A DNA stretch of 64,000 nt from Xylographa opegraphella. Its lineage: Eukaryota. Made by a program: the position numbers and the translations under genes. This document shows, piece after piece, positions 1-13,003 of this stretch. The stretch covers positions 1-64,000 of the forward strand of contig JALDZX010000010.1 of the NCBI GenBank assembly GCA_022813865.1. The letters run 5' to 3'. Numbering within the stretch: position 1 is the stretch's first letter; each line of letters opens with the position of its first letter. The notes under the pieces are model-generated. The model saw nothing but the letters and a program-made list of their open reading frames with translations, had not been told where the DNA came from and did no database searches.

Positions 1-373
1 GAACTGCGGGGATAGAGTTTGAGATGCCTAAATAACAGATTCATTCCGGCACAAGTGGTTTTCCGCCACCCATGGAGGGACGTTATCATGTTAAGTCGGA
101 TAATCACGTACTCGTGTAAAGCAAGGGAATGTCGGTGGGTAGTCCAGTGCTTTATCCGCGTAGATGGTATTTGGATACGTGACTCGACTGAACACTTGTA
201 TCAATCAAGTGTTTGGTACCGGGTTCTGTATTTTATTACACCGGCAGTTTTACGCGAGCTTTGAATCCGATTTTTGTGCGCCTCGGCAAGGATTTCTGAA
301 CCTGAGCAATTGCACCTCAGGAGCCCATATTCTTCTGATAATGGTTCCATTCCTCAGTGACCCGCAAGCACCC

Positions 374-1681
374 ATGTCAAGCACAAGATCCCCGGGCACC
401 ATAGTCCAAGACTCGTTCTCTGACAATGGTAGCTCCACATCCAATGCCTCGACCACCAAGAAGCGAAAGCGCGAGACAAATCCAGTCGAAGAGATAGAGG
501 TGGACATTGATGCTCCAGAACCACCGTCCAAGAAAGCTCTTCGGAAAGCAAAGAAGGGGAAACCATTAACCAAAACCACAGCGCCAAAGCTGGTTACCGA
601 CGACGCAGTTTCTGATTCTGACAGTCCCGACATCAAGGTTTCATTGGTTGCCCAGCGATCGGAGCACGCAATCTGGATTGGAAATTTACCTTGGATCGCA
701 TCGAAAGACGACCTCCGCAAATTTCTGACCAGCAACGCAAAAATTGACGATGATGCTATCACCAGGATTCACATGCCTGTGCCAACACAACCCCCGGTGG
801 AGGCAGCTAGACAGCGGATCAAGCCACAAAACAAGGGCTTCGCATATGTGGATTTCGCTACCGAATCGGCCGTCACTGCAGCTATGGCTCTTAGCGAAAC
901 ACTGTTGTCAGGCAGGAGAGTTCTGATCAAGCACGCGAAGAGCTTCGAAGGTCGTCCCGACCCACTGAAGGAAGGCGAGGAGAAGAACGGACTACAACAG
1001 GGCAAACCACCGAGTGTGCGCATTTTTGTGGGTAATCTGGCCTTTGATACTACAAAGGAGGAATTGGAGGAGCATTTTACAAGGTGCGGGGAGGTTACCG
1101 ACTGCTTCATGGCTACGTTCCAGGATACGGGGAAATGTAAGGGTTATGCGTGGGTGACGTTTTCGGAGTTGGAAGATGCGGTCAAGGCTGTTAGGGGATG
1201 GGTTGACATGAAGGCGAGCGATGAAGAGAGTGACGAGGAGGAGGTTGACCGGAATGTCAAGGAGGAGGTTGACCGAGATGTGAAGGAGTCAAGCGTGCGA
1301 AAAAAGCCCAAGAAAGTGCGGAAGTGGTGGGTCAACAGGATCAAAGGCCGCGAACTACGCATGGAATTTGCAGAAGACAAGGCCGTTCGATACAAGAAGC
1401 GCTTCGGGAAGGGAGGGACGGCGGGTAGAGATGGTGCCGGTGGTGAAAATGCGGCTGAAGCAAGTGTGGACACCGGTGCTACAAATGCAGCAGAAAGCGT
1501 TGCTGGCACAGCGCAGCAGAAGCCAAGCTCTGGGAAGAATCGCCGGCCGTCGTCCAGCAGCGGTCCGTATGTGAAGAAAGTCGATGCTCGGACTGTCAAG
1601 CCCGGCGCCGCGCTGGCTGGGGCTCAAAGACTTACTGGGGCAATACTGCCAAGTCAGGGCAAGAAGATAACCTTTGAGTGA
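374..1681 (+). CDS. NOP13: Nucleolar two-RRM RNA-binding protein (Nop13/Rnp24-like)
   Basis: Two RRMs: RNP2/RNP1 IWIGNL...NKGFAYVDF and IFVGNL...CKGYAWVTF. K/E-rich N-terminus with EIEVDIDAPEPPSKKALRK; C-terminal GKKITFE. Start is ATG 374 (ATG 341 is an in-frame alternative). No intron needed. Confidence 0.85.
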   Translation: MSSTRSPGTIVQDSFSDNGSSTSNASTTKKRKRETNPVEEIEVDIDAPEPPSKKALRKAKKGKPLTKTTAPKLVTDDAVSDSDSPDIKVSLVAQRSEHAIWIGNLPWIASKDDLRKFLTSNAKIDDDAITRIHMPVPTQPPVEAARQRIKPQNKGFAYVDFATESAVTAAMALSETLLSGRRVLIKHAKSFEGRPDPLKEGEEKNGLQQGKPPSVRIFVGNLAFDTTKEELEEHFTRCGEVTDCFMATFQDTGKCKGYAWVTFSELEDAVKAVRGWVDMKASDEESDEEEVDRNVKEEVDRDVKESSVRKKPKKVRKWWVNRIKGRELRMEFAEDKAVRYKKRFGKGGTAGRDGAGGENAAEASVDTGATNAAESVAGTAQQKPSSGKNRRPSSSSGPYVKKVDARTVKPGAALAGAQRLTGAILPSQGKKITFE

Positions 1682-2013
1682 CAGGAAGCAATGTCTTTTT
1701 CAAGTGGCTGTTGTGGCTCTAGGCCAAGGAGTGCTATCAATAAGAGCAATCTTGTCCGCTCCCTTCATTGTATGAGCGAGCAGTGAAGATGGCCTGCTGA
1801 TATCTGCGCTCCTCGGGTATATAATTGGCTCAATCATCTCCGAAAGGCGACAGCCAGGACTGCGAAGCACTTCGGGTACTTCGTGAAGTTTCTTCGGGTA
1901 TAAAGTGTTGGACCTTACGCTATCAAGCGCTGCTCGGGAGAGCTCAGGTGCTTCGTCCAATTCCAGTTGTTTCTCGAGCGTATATCAATGACACGACCCT
2001 CAATGTCCAGCAT

Positions 2014-3134
2014 TCAGCCACGAGCAGCTGCGACGGCCATACTGATCACCCTCTTCCCCCTCTCGCCGCCCAAGTAGTCCTGACTCCCCCCTCCTTCATC
2101 CGCCATCTGCTCCGCCTCGACCTCCAGGCTCGCCTCGTACGCCCTCATCACTATCTCCTCGTCGACCCGGATCCCCCCCTCCACAAGCGCTCGAATACAG
2201 CCCGCCAGTCTGGCAATCTCTTTCCTCATGGGCGCGCTAATCTCGTCATTTTGGCTGGAGTAGATGGAACTCGTGACCGTGTCCTCGAGCCTTGTGATGG
2301 AGATCTGCGCGTTTGCCGCTTCCGTCGCGGTGTGCTTCGAGATCCATATGTACCCATTCACACCCAGTATCACATCCACCTCCCCCGCGCGATTCCCCGT
2401 ATTCACCGTCCAGACCTGCCTCCGCGAGCGGACCACCCCGCCGCCACCGCCCCCGGTCCCCGACACCGCCATGAAGACCCCATTCCGCAGCTTCCCATAC
2501 TTCAACGACCGCGTGTGCAGCGAGGCCGAGCCGTCCTGGTGGATGGACTGTACCTCCGCGACCACTAGGTCGCCCTCGGAGAAGAAGGTGCGGATCTGCA
2601 GCTCGTCCGTCGTGGTGCGCTTGCGCAGGATGCCGCCCGGCAGGTTGATGGCGCTGAGCGGCAGCTGCGCCAGCAGCGGGGCCGAGAGGTCGACCTTCCA
2701 TTTCTTGGTCTGCACTTCGACCACGCGCCCCACGACCAGGTCGCCGATCTCGGGCGTGTAGCGGGCGCGGAGGGGCCGGACGGAGAGGAGTTTGTTGGTG
2801 CGTTGGACGGTGCCGGCGACGGTGGCGATGATGGAGTGGTTTTCCGGCGAGGTGAATGTGCCGTGGCCTCTGTTGGGGGGGCTGGTTAGTTTTCGGGGTT
2901 GTGGAGGAGGGGGCGGGGGAGGAGGGAGGGAGGGAGGGGGCAACTACACCTCATCCATTGGGGATCGTCGGTGACGCTTTCCCCCGGTGTCACGATGCCT
3001 TTGCCGGCGAAGAGGACTCGCGAGGTGGGGTTGTCGTCCGCGGCCATGTCGATGTCGCCGTCGGAGTCGGCGTTGTCGGAATTGGCTTGCGGCACGGGTG
3101 CTGCTGGGGCTGGGGGGAGGATTGAGATGGCCAT
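2014..3134 (-). CDS. RRP4: Exosome complex cap subunit Rrp4 (S1/KH)
   Basis: Exon 1 3134-2950 ends ...TDDPQWMR. Intron 2949-2870 (GTGTAG...ACTAAC...CAG). Exon 2 GHGT...[14 protein letters not shown]...[14 protein letters not shown]...[10 protein letters not shown]. Confidence 0.95.
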
Positions 3135-3618
3135 TGTGGGGAGGGGGAGAGAAGATTGAGGGCGGAGCGAGAGTTGATTAGTTCTTTAATTCTCATATTT
3201 CTCCCGTTCGGATTGACGCAACATAAATGAATATTATCATCAACGTACCGTGGTACGCCTGCAGCACGCTAGGATAACGGAGATCATGAAACTAGTATAT
3301 AAGCGGTAATATATTACGCTCCATGGTTATCGAATACATATGCTCAAGAAAACACAAATAATCTTCCCGAATTCACCTAATACATCGTCGTTGCTATAAG
3401 CAGCAAAGACCCCTCTCCGTACCTCATAGGTTTTTATCCCAAATAATAGGCCGCTTACGCTGCTCAGGAGAAGGCATTCTGATTCCAGTATCACCTTATT
3501 CCGGGCCCGATTGAGCCTTACCCTGTCGCGGAAAGTACACGGTAATTCCATGTCCTCTCACTGCGACGTCCGTAGACCTTTTTCGTTGTTGCTGTTCGAT
3601 ACCATCGTTTGTCAGACC

Positions 3619-5133
3619 ATGCCCCCATACGATCTGCCATACGTATAACGCACAACAACCCCAACGCGCTCCAACATTCCACAACCGCCCCCCACAGCCG
3701 CCACCCTGGAGCCCGCCCCCCAGAGCGCAGCGCACCCGCCCCCCTCCCCCCGCCCCATCCCCAACACTTCCGAATGGCTTCGCGCCCTCCGCACCCCCTC
3801 GGGCATCATCGAGAACCACTCCCACTACTGGGGCAACGACCCTTCGCAACTGCGCTCCTCCGCCACCCGGCCTGACTTCTCCACCGGCACCGGCCTCGAA
3901 ATCTACCAGCGCACGCTCCTCCCCGCCCTCGAGGCCGCGGAGCATGAAGTGCTCTTCGTGACCTGTTTCTGGTCCCCCTCGGCCTCGCTCTCGCTGCTCG
4001 CCGAGAGCCTGGTGCGGTTGTCTGCGAAGGCGCTTTCGCGCGGTGATGGCTCCCGCATTCGCGTCCGCTTGTGCTTTTCCTCGCGCTCGTTGCTGCAGAA
4101 GCTTTTCCATACGGCCGCGCCGGGCGGGTATACGTATCCGGCGTCGCGGTTGGTGGAGGCGTTGGGGTTGCCGCCGATGAGCAGGTTGCGAGGCCTGGAT
4201 CTGCGCGTCAAGAGTATGTTTTTCCGCCCGTTCAGCGTCATGCATCCGAAGTTCGTGGTCGTCGATCGTTGGCGGGGGTTCATGCCCAGCTGCAACTTGA
4301 GCTGGGAACGCTGGTTGGAGTGCTGCTTGGACGTGGAAGGGCCCGTGGTTGATGGCCTGGTTGAGTTCTGGAAGCATTTCTGGGGGCGGGACGAAGGCTT
4401 TGTGCCATTCGGCCACGCGGTTGTTGCGTCCGACTCGGATGGCTCCGATGAGCCCGGTTCTGCACTGGACACGATCCTCCTCCCCTCGCCCCATCATTCA
4501 AAGCTATCCATCTCCATCCCTCCCTTACTCCCATTCCTCCCGTCCCACCACCCGCCCCCAACCCCACTCAACACCTTCCTCCTCCACGCCCTAAAAACAG
4601 CCCAACACTCCATCCACATCCTAACCCCCAACCTGACCTCCCCCCCCGTCATCACCGCCCTGCACGCCGCCCTCACCCGGGGCGTCGCCGTCACAATCAT
4701 CACCAACCGCCGCCTGATGCTGCTCGAACAACTCCTCACAGCAGCCACGACCACCGAATACGAGATTTGGAAAATGCAGCGCACCCACCTTCGCCGCCTC
4801 CGCAGCGCCACACTAACCCGCCACGACGACCACGACGCCGCCGCCACGCTGGAGGAAGCCGGACTGCGGAGGAGCCCCGCACCGGGCCATCTGCGGATCC
4901 GCTACTTCAGCGCCCGCCCGCCCGCGGGGCGCGAGGAGCCGCTGAGGAGCCACGTCAAGTGCACGGTCGTGGACGAGGAGCTGGTCGTGCTCGGGAGCGG
5001 GAACCTGGATCGCGCGAGCTGGTTCACGAGTCAGGAGCTGGGCGTCGCGTGCTATGGGGCGGAGCACGCTCGGTGCGTGTGGGGGGTTTTGCTCAAGGCG
5101 CTGGACGGGAGGCTGGAGGAGTATTTCGGCTAG
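3619..5133 (+). CDS. Phospholipase D superfamily protein (two HKD motifs)
   Basis: HPKFVVVD and HVKCTVVD...GSGNLD motifs. Frame is open from 3649 to stop 5133. Start uncertain: ATG 3619 needs a putative intron 3643-3723 to skip TAA 3646. Confidence 0.8.
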
Positions 5134-6080
5134 CGGATGTTTTTTGCTTTCCCTATTTGTCACTTGGTCGTGCGTGCTTCGACCGTGCCGGAACGGGGCC
5201 GGCGGCGTTGAAGCGGGAGCGTGACGCTCTGTGAGGTAGAGTGGTGGAGCCCGTGGGGCAGGATCCTGCGTCCTTGTCTCACGTCGGCGGAGGGCCCGCT
5301 TCGAAGCGAAGCAGAGGGGACGGGATGGCGCTGACGACAGTGATCGTTTGGGGCCGTTGATAGAGAAGGAGCTTATTTCGCGGAGCGCGGCTGGTTCGAG
5401 CTTCTGCGGTAGGGTCCAGGCGGGGGATAATGGACCCGGCGTAGTCTACCGCGCGGTCGAGTAGGAAGCTGTGCCTTTTCACGGTTCCTTTCATCGCTTC
5501 CGCTTCCGCTTCCGCTGCTTCTTGTCTCTTCTTTCCGGTTTCCGCCAAATGTGGGATGGGAGGAAGATCTAGCATGGCGGAACGGCGACACGGAAGCATC
5601 GGCCTCGAAGCCGAAGGGCACGTGCACGGTAAAATACAATATCACGTCAGGAGGCACGATACCCAAGTAGCAAGACGAGCGGTCGCCAGTCTACGTGACA
5701 TGAACGGTCGCCGTCGTGGTCAAAAGGCAGACGAAGGAAGTCTCAGGACTAGCGGAAAGCCATGATCATTGGCATGTTATCTATAAGCCACAAACAAAGT
5801 CAAAGCCCCAGCATTCGTGCTCTAAACATGTATCACCACGCTCATGATGTATATCCTCCCGCCAAGGCTTCTCCCCCGCCCCATGCGTGTATCAGCGCAC
5901 ATCAAAAGACGCATCTGTAACAGCGAGCTTGACATGGGTATCTATTATCCGTGTAGAAGTTAAACGAGAGTGGTAGCCCGCTGCGTCTGACGGCCAAGCC
6001 CAAACGACGTGCACCCATGTCGTCAGAAAAGCCTTCTAGTGTACCAAACGGCCAATACTCCAGATTCTCATACTTCCCAT

Positions 6081-7528
6081 CTACGAGTCCTGCGGGGGCG
6101 CCAAGTTCTGCGTCGGCTCGGAGCGCTGGACGGCGCCGAAGCGGGTGTTGCCGAGGTCGAAGATCTGCAGGAGCCCGGTCAGCTGCACGGCACGAGCCGC
6201 AGGATTTTGGATGGGGGGAAAGGGGAGAGGAAAGGGAACTTACAGCGTAGATGCTCTTGAGGAAGGTGTCGCCGAGGATATCAAAGGTCATATCTCCACG
6301 ACTCTGGATACCGCCGTACACGTTCCCGTTGCCGGCGTCGGCAAAGGCCAGGTCTTCCTTCTGGACGGCGAACTGCTGATCGCCAACGGCGAAAGTCACC
6401 ACCGGCAGCTGGTCGGCGGTGACGTTGGAGGGGAACACGTAGCCTTGCTGCGTGCTGTCATACGTCGAGCCTGGGATGGCAGCGTAGATCGCCTTGCAGG
6501 TGGCGTCGTCGACCAAGGCGAGAGTGGTACCCGTGTCCGCGATAGCGGTGTTGTTATTGCGGGCGATGGACTGACCGTTCACCGACGCCGAGGTGCTGTT
6601 GAACATCCAGAAGCCCTGGGAGCTGTCGACCGGGGTGTAGTACGGCTCCGTGACCCCAGCGGCCTTCAGAGGCGCCTGGTCGATGTAGCCAAAGGTGTAG
6701 AACGATTGGCCCGCGTCGGGGTCGCTAGCATCGCGCCACGATCCGAGGTTGGCGGTGAAGAGCTCCTCGCTCGATGAGATATCATCCTGGCTGATCATGT
6801 TCTCGACCGGCGTGTGAGCTGGGCCTGGAGTGACGGTGTTGATGGAACTGAACGCGAGTCCTAGAAGTCCATCACCGACCCCAGAGGCGAATTGAGCAGA
6901 TAAGGTCTTTGCGAGCTCAATGGTCTGGTTCTTGATGGTCAGTCCACCGATGGTGACATTGTCTGTGCCGACGGTCCCAGAGGCTGAAGATCCATCTCCG
7001 TATGAGATCTTCCATGAAGCCCCCTTGGTGGCTTTGTAGGTGCTCGAATCTTTCGAGTTGTAAATCGTGTGGTTGTTGCCGGCAGCCGTGATGGTGGATT
7101 TCGGGAGCTCAGTGGAGAAAATCTACCCTCAAAGTCAGACAAGTCATAATAAAGATCTCGGCATGCCACCGTACCCATAGATCAGCAGACCCCGTGTCGA
7201 AGTCCAAGTTGAAGGTCTGGCCAGGAGTGCCGATGGTGACCGGGCACAGATATTCGGAGTCGTTCTGTTCGTCCTCGGCAGTCACTTCGCCGGCCTCTCC
7301 GCTAGGAGTTGTCTTCTGAAGGGTCTTCTGGACGCTCGCCCGGCCTCCGACTAGCTTATTGAGGCCATGCTTACCTTGCTGGTGAACCTTGTTGCCGAAG
7401 TGGTAGGGACCTTCCATGGTCGGGTTGAACCCATACTTGTTGAGAAGGTAGACGTACGATTTGGGCCCGGAGCGTTTGTATTTATGGTTGGGAATCAGCT
7501 TGATCCTGTTCAGCTGTCTGGAAGCCAT
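6081..7528 (-). CDS. Pepsin-family (A1) aspartic endopeptidase, aspergillopepsin-like
   Basis: Catalytic DTGS (FDTGSADLW) and DTGT (IADTGTTL), flap [15 protein letters not shown]. Introns 7174-7123 and 6243-6165. Last exon [14 protein letters not shown]..., stop 6081-6083. Confidence 0.93.
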
Positions 7529-9118
7529 GATTGCGGCTTTGGCTGAGGGTGATATAGAAAAGGAAGATGGATGGATAGAGATAGTCAGTGAAGTAAGTCT
7601 TGGCTGAGGAGAACAAGAGGAGAGAACAATACGGCGAGAGATGGAGGAAGGAAAGTGGAAGAGGAATGAAAGGATGGAGGGGGGTTGATTATAAGTCGAA
7701 GGTCGGCGGCGAGGGGCTCTGGCTGGCGTGTCTGATGGACAAGTCTCGTGGCCGGGTGGGCAGCGTCGAGACGCCAGTCGTCATTGCCTGTCTCAGAAGC
7801 AGACAAGGCCTGACTAGCAAACACCATCCAGCTTTGCTTGTGGCTCTTGTGCCTCTGGTGCCTGCCAACGAGTGGTGCCTGCCACAAGCGCCGTGGTCGT
7901 CCAGCGTGCGTTGGAGATCATCCGTAAGGCGGGGCATATTTCTGGTTTCTGAAGCCCGCTTGCTGTTCGCCGTCAAAGAGTCGGAGCCGCCTGGCTTGAC
8001 GGACCAGTTATCACCGCTGATCCTAGTGGATGCACGACATGGGAAGCAGACCAGGATCTCAGTCGGTGGCACCTCAACTCCCGTGAATGCATCACGGGCG
8101 ACCAGAACAAAGGAGCACACCCCCCACCGCCACTGCTGGCACTCCTCTGGGTCAAGGACGGACGAAAGAAACAATCAAGCACAAGGACAATGCGTCCCCA
8201 CGCCTGTGGACCCGGCTGGAGAGCGGCCGAGTGAGAGCATGGGGCGAAGGAACGACAAAGCCCGATAACACCAGAATTAGAAGGTCGTACGGATCATTAG
8301 CATTGCCCACCGTCACTCACTCCCTCCGGTGCCCACGTATCGGACAAATCACACGTCCTCGCCAGGATCAGCCGCTGCACTTCTGCGACCACGCCCCAGG
8401 TCAAGCTTCGAGCTTTCGAGCTTCAAACAGGCCCGAGCCGGCGCTATGCATGGGACGGTGCCGGCAGGAGTGGACGCGACAGCAAGGCGCCATCCCGGGA
8501 TCGATGGCGGCCGAGTTGCAAGCGGAAGTGCTTTGTTTGGAATTCTTGTTTGCGTGGGCGTGACTTGATATCGTGGTCTTGGTAGCACTCACGACTGATG
8601 TATGAGACCAAGCTGCGTACGGAGCAACAAAGCGATACCTGAGTTGCTCCTCGTCGGCTGCCCGATCGGAGTGTGTCAGCACCTTATCGCGCGAGCGATG
8701 GAGCCGAAGCACAAGGAGCTGAGCCAATCATGTGGGAGTCTCGACACAGCTTCAGGATCACGGCATCTACGTAGATAATTCACCCAAGCCGATCACTATA
8801 CATCCAGTCCATCGTGAGCGAGGCATTGTCGATGGGTCATGTCATTGAAACTAAGCCTACACGTCCGTAACGCATCCAAGTAGAGTGCACATCCAGCATA
8901 ACACTATCGCCTGAAACCCCCTTACAAAGGAAAACAGAAGCAGAGAGGAGCCGGAGAGACCGGAGGGAACGATGAAGTGCCCGAATTTCCGCCACCGCCT
9001 TCCGTCAACGTCGCCTTGCATTCTGCCTTCCATCCTCCGTCTCCCAATCCTTGGCTTCCTTCTGCCTCACCTCCCCATGCTTCCTTCTCACGTCTCCACC
9101 TGCGTTGGCCGAAACATT

Positions 9119-12027
9119 TTACTTCTTGCCATTCACAGCCGCTTCGTCGTTCACATCGGCGTCCAGGATCTCATACTCCTCATCCGTCAGGAATCCATCG
9201 TCCGAGGTCTCGTCGTCCTCCAACTCGACGCTTTCGATATCTTCAAGGAGTCCTCGCTCATCCGACGCGATCGAAGATGGAAGAGCGGCCCGCTGCTCGC
9301 TGGACTGGGCCTCGTGGGTGCTGGAGACAGGAGACTCCTTGTCCAACTTGGGAAAGATCATTTGGCTCTGGTGTTCCGCTGAGGCGGACTCGTCTTCATT
9401 CACAACAGCAGCCTGCCCCTCCTTCTCCTTGCTGATGTCCTCCACATGCTGGAACTGCGGTTCTTCGACAGCACGTCGAGTTTGCGGAGCATCCACATCC
9501 TCACTGTGCTGAGTCGGTGTGATACCGTTCGAGTCGATAACGAGGTTCTCGACAACATCGATATCACACCACAGCCGGTGCCCGAAAGGCGTCCCATCGG
9601 CAGCCTTAAGACGCCAGTAGGAGATTGCCTTGCCAGGACGCTGAGGAGCTTTAATCGTGACGAAGAAGCAGACTTCTTCGCCGACTTCAACTTCACGTGA
9701 TATAACGTTGCTCTCGATGGCTTTACCGATATCGTTGATGGTGGATGGGTGGCTTGAGCTAACATTCAGCATGTTGTTGTCCCCGCCTACAAAGCGAACA
9801 CTGCAGCCAGCCGGCCATGCGACCGGACCTGGATTGCGGAGCACCCAAACTTGTTGAAGCTGGCAACCAGCCGGAATCTTCGAGCCATCCGCAACGGTGT
9901 CGCGCACAAAATGAGCTTGTAGTTGAGCTGGGACTCGGGACTCCTTTGCCCCTGCTGCTTCCGTGTCCGGCTCGATAGGCTTGACTTCAGCGACAGTCTG
10001 AACCTGTGTGGCTGCATTAGCAGACGGTGCCGAAGGCATAGTCTCGGTGGATTTAGAGCTCGTCTGAGAAGACTTCTCAGTCGCGACCGGTGCTGGGACC
10101 TTGTCACCCATAGTGCACATTGCTTCTCCGTTCTCCTTCTCGCCGAAGGTTGTGACCGAAACGTTTCGAACTGGAGTGCGGAACTTGATCAACGGGTGAG
10201 TTCGGTTGTGACGATTAGTAGGTAGCGATTCACAATTGGCACAGAAATCAGTGTCGTGACACACTGCGCATTTGAATCGGTCGCCAGCGATCCAAAAGGA
10301 CTTTTTCTTGTCCTTACAAAGGGGACCATCGCAGTTGATCCCAACATGAACGGGGGCACGACCACTGGGAGTAGCGATTGCTTCGTAGATAGGAACAAAG
10401 CGATGGCCAGGGTGACCATGACGAGCATTCTTGATACAGGTGGAGCAGTAATCCCAGTCAGGACAGTTCAAACACTTATGGCGCACTCCATATATGTCCT
10501 GATAACGTCAGCCACTGTGTCTAGTGGAAGGGACCGTCATAGCATACCTTGTCACACCCATCACAGATTGCAAAATGGCGCATATTACGACCTGGAGCGC
10601 AGAGCTGGCCAGCTATGGTATCCAGTGGCACATCGTCTGATACCGGTGCAAAGGTGTGGCTTGGGTGATGACCATGTTTGAGCTCTACGTGGCATGGAAT
10701 GCAAAGATCGTAATCGTCGCACACCATGCAAGTAACGAAGTTGGATTCCTTAAAGACTTTCACTACTGTCAGCTGGATATCCATGAAACGACTCAAACAG
10801 TAACTTACCATTGACGCACGAATTGCAAGTGCGGATCGATTCGAGCATGTCCGGTAGATACTCATCCTTCATCTCAATCGTGTAAGCACCGGGTACTTCC
10901 TTCTCAGTCTCAACCTTGACTGCCTTCTTTGGGACTGTCTCGGTAGTACTATTGATAACGCGACCATCTTCGATGAATCTCTTGATCAGGAAATGCCCAG
11001 CAACGCCACAGTGCACTCCACTGGTGACACAGTGACGGCAAAGATCATAATCTCCATCCTCGCAAATACTACAGTGCCAGTGTGCATCTGGAATATTCGC
11101 CGTACAGCTGTTGCAGCAGACAGTAAAGGCAGCTCCTGGGACATGGAATGACTGGTCAGATCCACGAAGTTGACAGACTTTCGACAATTTGGAAAGTTCG
11201 GAGTAGAATTCCTCGCGATCGGTGAATGCACGAGGTGTAGGAGCCTCTTCTTCAACTTCTTGCTTGACAGTAACAAGAGCTTCGACTTTGGGCTCCACCT
11301 TGGGCTCCACCTTGGGCTCGACCTTGAGCTCGACCTTGGGCTGTATCACAGCCTTGGGAGGATCAGATGGAGCAGCTCGCGGCGAGAATGAAGGAACATT
11401 TTGTTGGAGGATACGAGCACATTCCTCAGCTGTGAAAAGGTCGCCAGTTGCTTGAATGGATGGAATCGGTGTCACTGGAGTAACTGTTGGCAATGTCACA
11501 CTCGGTTGTGATAGAGCGAATCTCATAGGGTCCGGGTTCATAGGTGGGACATATCGGTGGGACGTAAGTCGATCCGGGGTTACCGGATTTTCAACCTTGG
11601 GTACGTTTGGATCAACGATCGTGACCTTGATTCGAAGCTTCAACTTGGCTTTGGCAGCACGGTATAGCTGTTTGTAGACAGATGGATTGTTGCTATCAAG
11701 TGTGATATAGGTTCCAGCACTATCCGAGTACCGCTCAAAGACGACGTTCTTTGTCGGTGGGACTGCAAGAAGTGACCGAAGCTACATTTAACCCAGGTCA
11801 GCATTTGGCTTTTCCAACCCATCACGAGTATCTTTATCGTAAAACGATTCGTCGTAGCTTTCATGATTTGGTACCCACGGCTGTCCAAAGGCCGGCTGAC
11901 TCACCTTGTCTGGCAACGAATTTGATCCAAGATCCCTCAGAGGAAGCTTGAAGCGACGGTTTTCCGTACCGATCAAGAGTTTGATCGTGATCAGAACATC
12001 TGGAGACGTTGTGACTGGAGTAGCCAT
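9119..12027 (-). CDS. NBR1: NBR1-like selective autophagy receptor (PB1-like, 4x ZZ zinc fingers, FW domain, C-terminal AIM)
   Basis: N-terminal RRFKLPLRDL...FERYSDSAG; four ZZ-type Cys clusters; FW domain (QVWVLRNPGPVAWP...ISYWRLKAADGTPFGHRLWCDIDV); acidic tail DEEYEIL. Introns near 11904-11782, 10807-10750 and 10546-10499. Confidence 0.85.
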
Positions 12028-13003
12028 AGCTAATATGATGGATGGAGCTGAAGGCAGATGATGACGCCTTGTGATCGGAAGAGCCTCACTAAGCAGACAA
12101 GGTCCTACGTATTCTTATTAGATAGAGTACAAGATGTTGCGATGATGATAACAAGTCTCACCGAGCGGAGGACTATTTGAGGCAGTTGGATTGAGGTTCA
12201 AGCTGGTGGAAAGGATGGATGGAACAGGTGACGAAGGTCGAGAGAGGTGACGGATGGCCCCGCTTGGATGCCTACAGTTGCACCTACACGTTTAGCGTGC
12301 TGCAACTTACGAATCAGATGTTAGTCTGAGACTAGCAGAGGATCTAGTACAAAGTACTGCGGTAGTCTACCTTATTACAAAATACTTCCGATATGGCACA
12401 AGCACTGGGGCAGGTCCATAGATCACAGAGTACCGGATGCGGAACAGAAGCTGTTATCGTACCTTCTAGAACAGCATCTGGTTGGTCTCTGCTGGACGGA
12501 GTCTATGTGGTAAAGGCCCGGAGAATTCTGTGTCAAGTGACCGACGAGGTTTAAGTCTGGCCTGGCAGCATGATATGTAAGGTAGATAGCAAAGCAATTC
12601 TACGAAGGTTGATGACAGCAATCAAGCTCACTCCAAGACACGAACTCGTGGGAAGTGGACTATTCGAGTCTTGACATGTACTTTGAGTACAACGCAGTAG
12701 AGGACTAACATGAAGATAAAGAGCTTCCCGATGCAGTTCACAAGAAAACACCCCGAATGTCCTCTCCATATGAGTCAGCCTGGGAAAAGAGAATGCCGGA
12801 CATCGGGTAATGCAGCCACAAATTATATGTAAGGAGTGCGACCTACTTACTTAGCCCGACACACCAAGCTACTTCCCCATGGATCAGAACAATAAACCAA
12901 AGTGCGGCCCGCTTGCAGAATGCCACGATTCCAAATGAACGCTCGATAGACAAAAAAAGCATCGGGTGTCGACATATGTCGCAGCAAATGGGTAGAGGTA
13001 TTC

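Noticed and set aside
3496..4497. Long antisense ORFs over GC-rich genes (also 1825-2568, 22014-22778, 61924-62958)
   Set aside because: Shadow ORFs produced by extreme GC3 bias in the real genes.
5279..5765. Short ORFs and a (CGCTTC)n tract between the PLD and protease genes
   Set aside because: No homology cues; the low-complexity microsatellite explains the pattern.
7585..8727. Overlapping 100-220 aa ORFs upstream of the aspartic protease
   Set aside because: Non-ATG starts, no recognisable motifs; consistent with a GC-rich promoter region.
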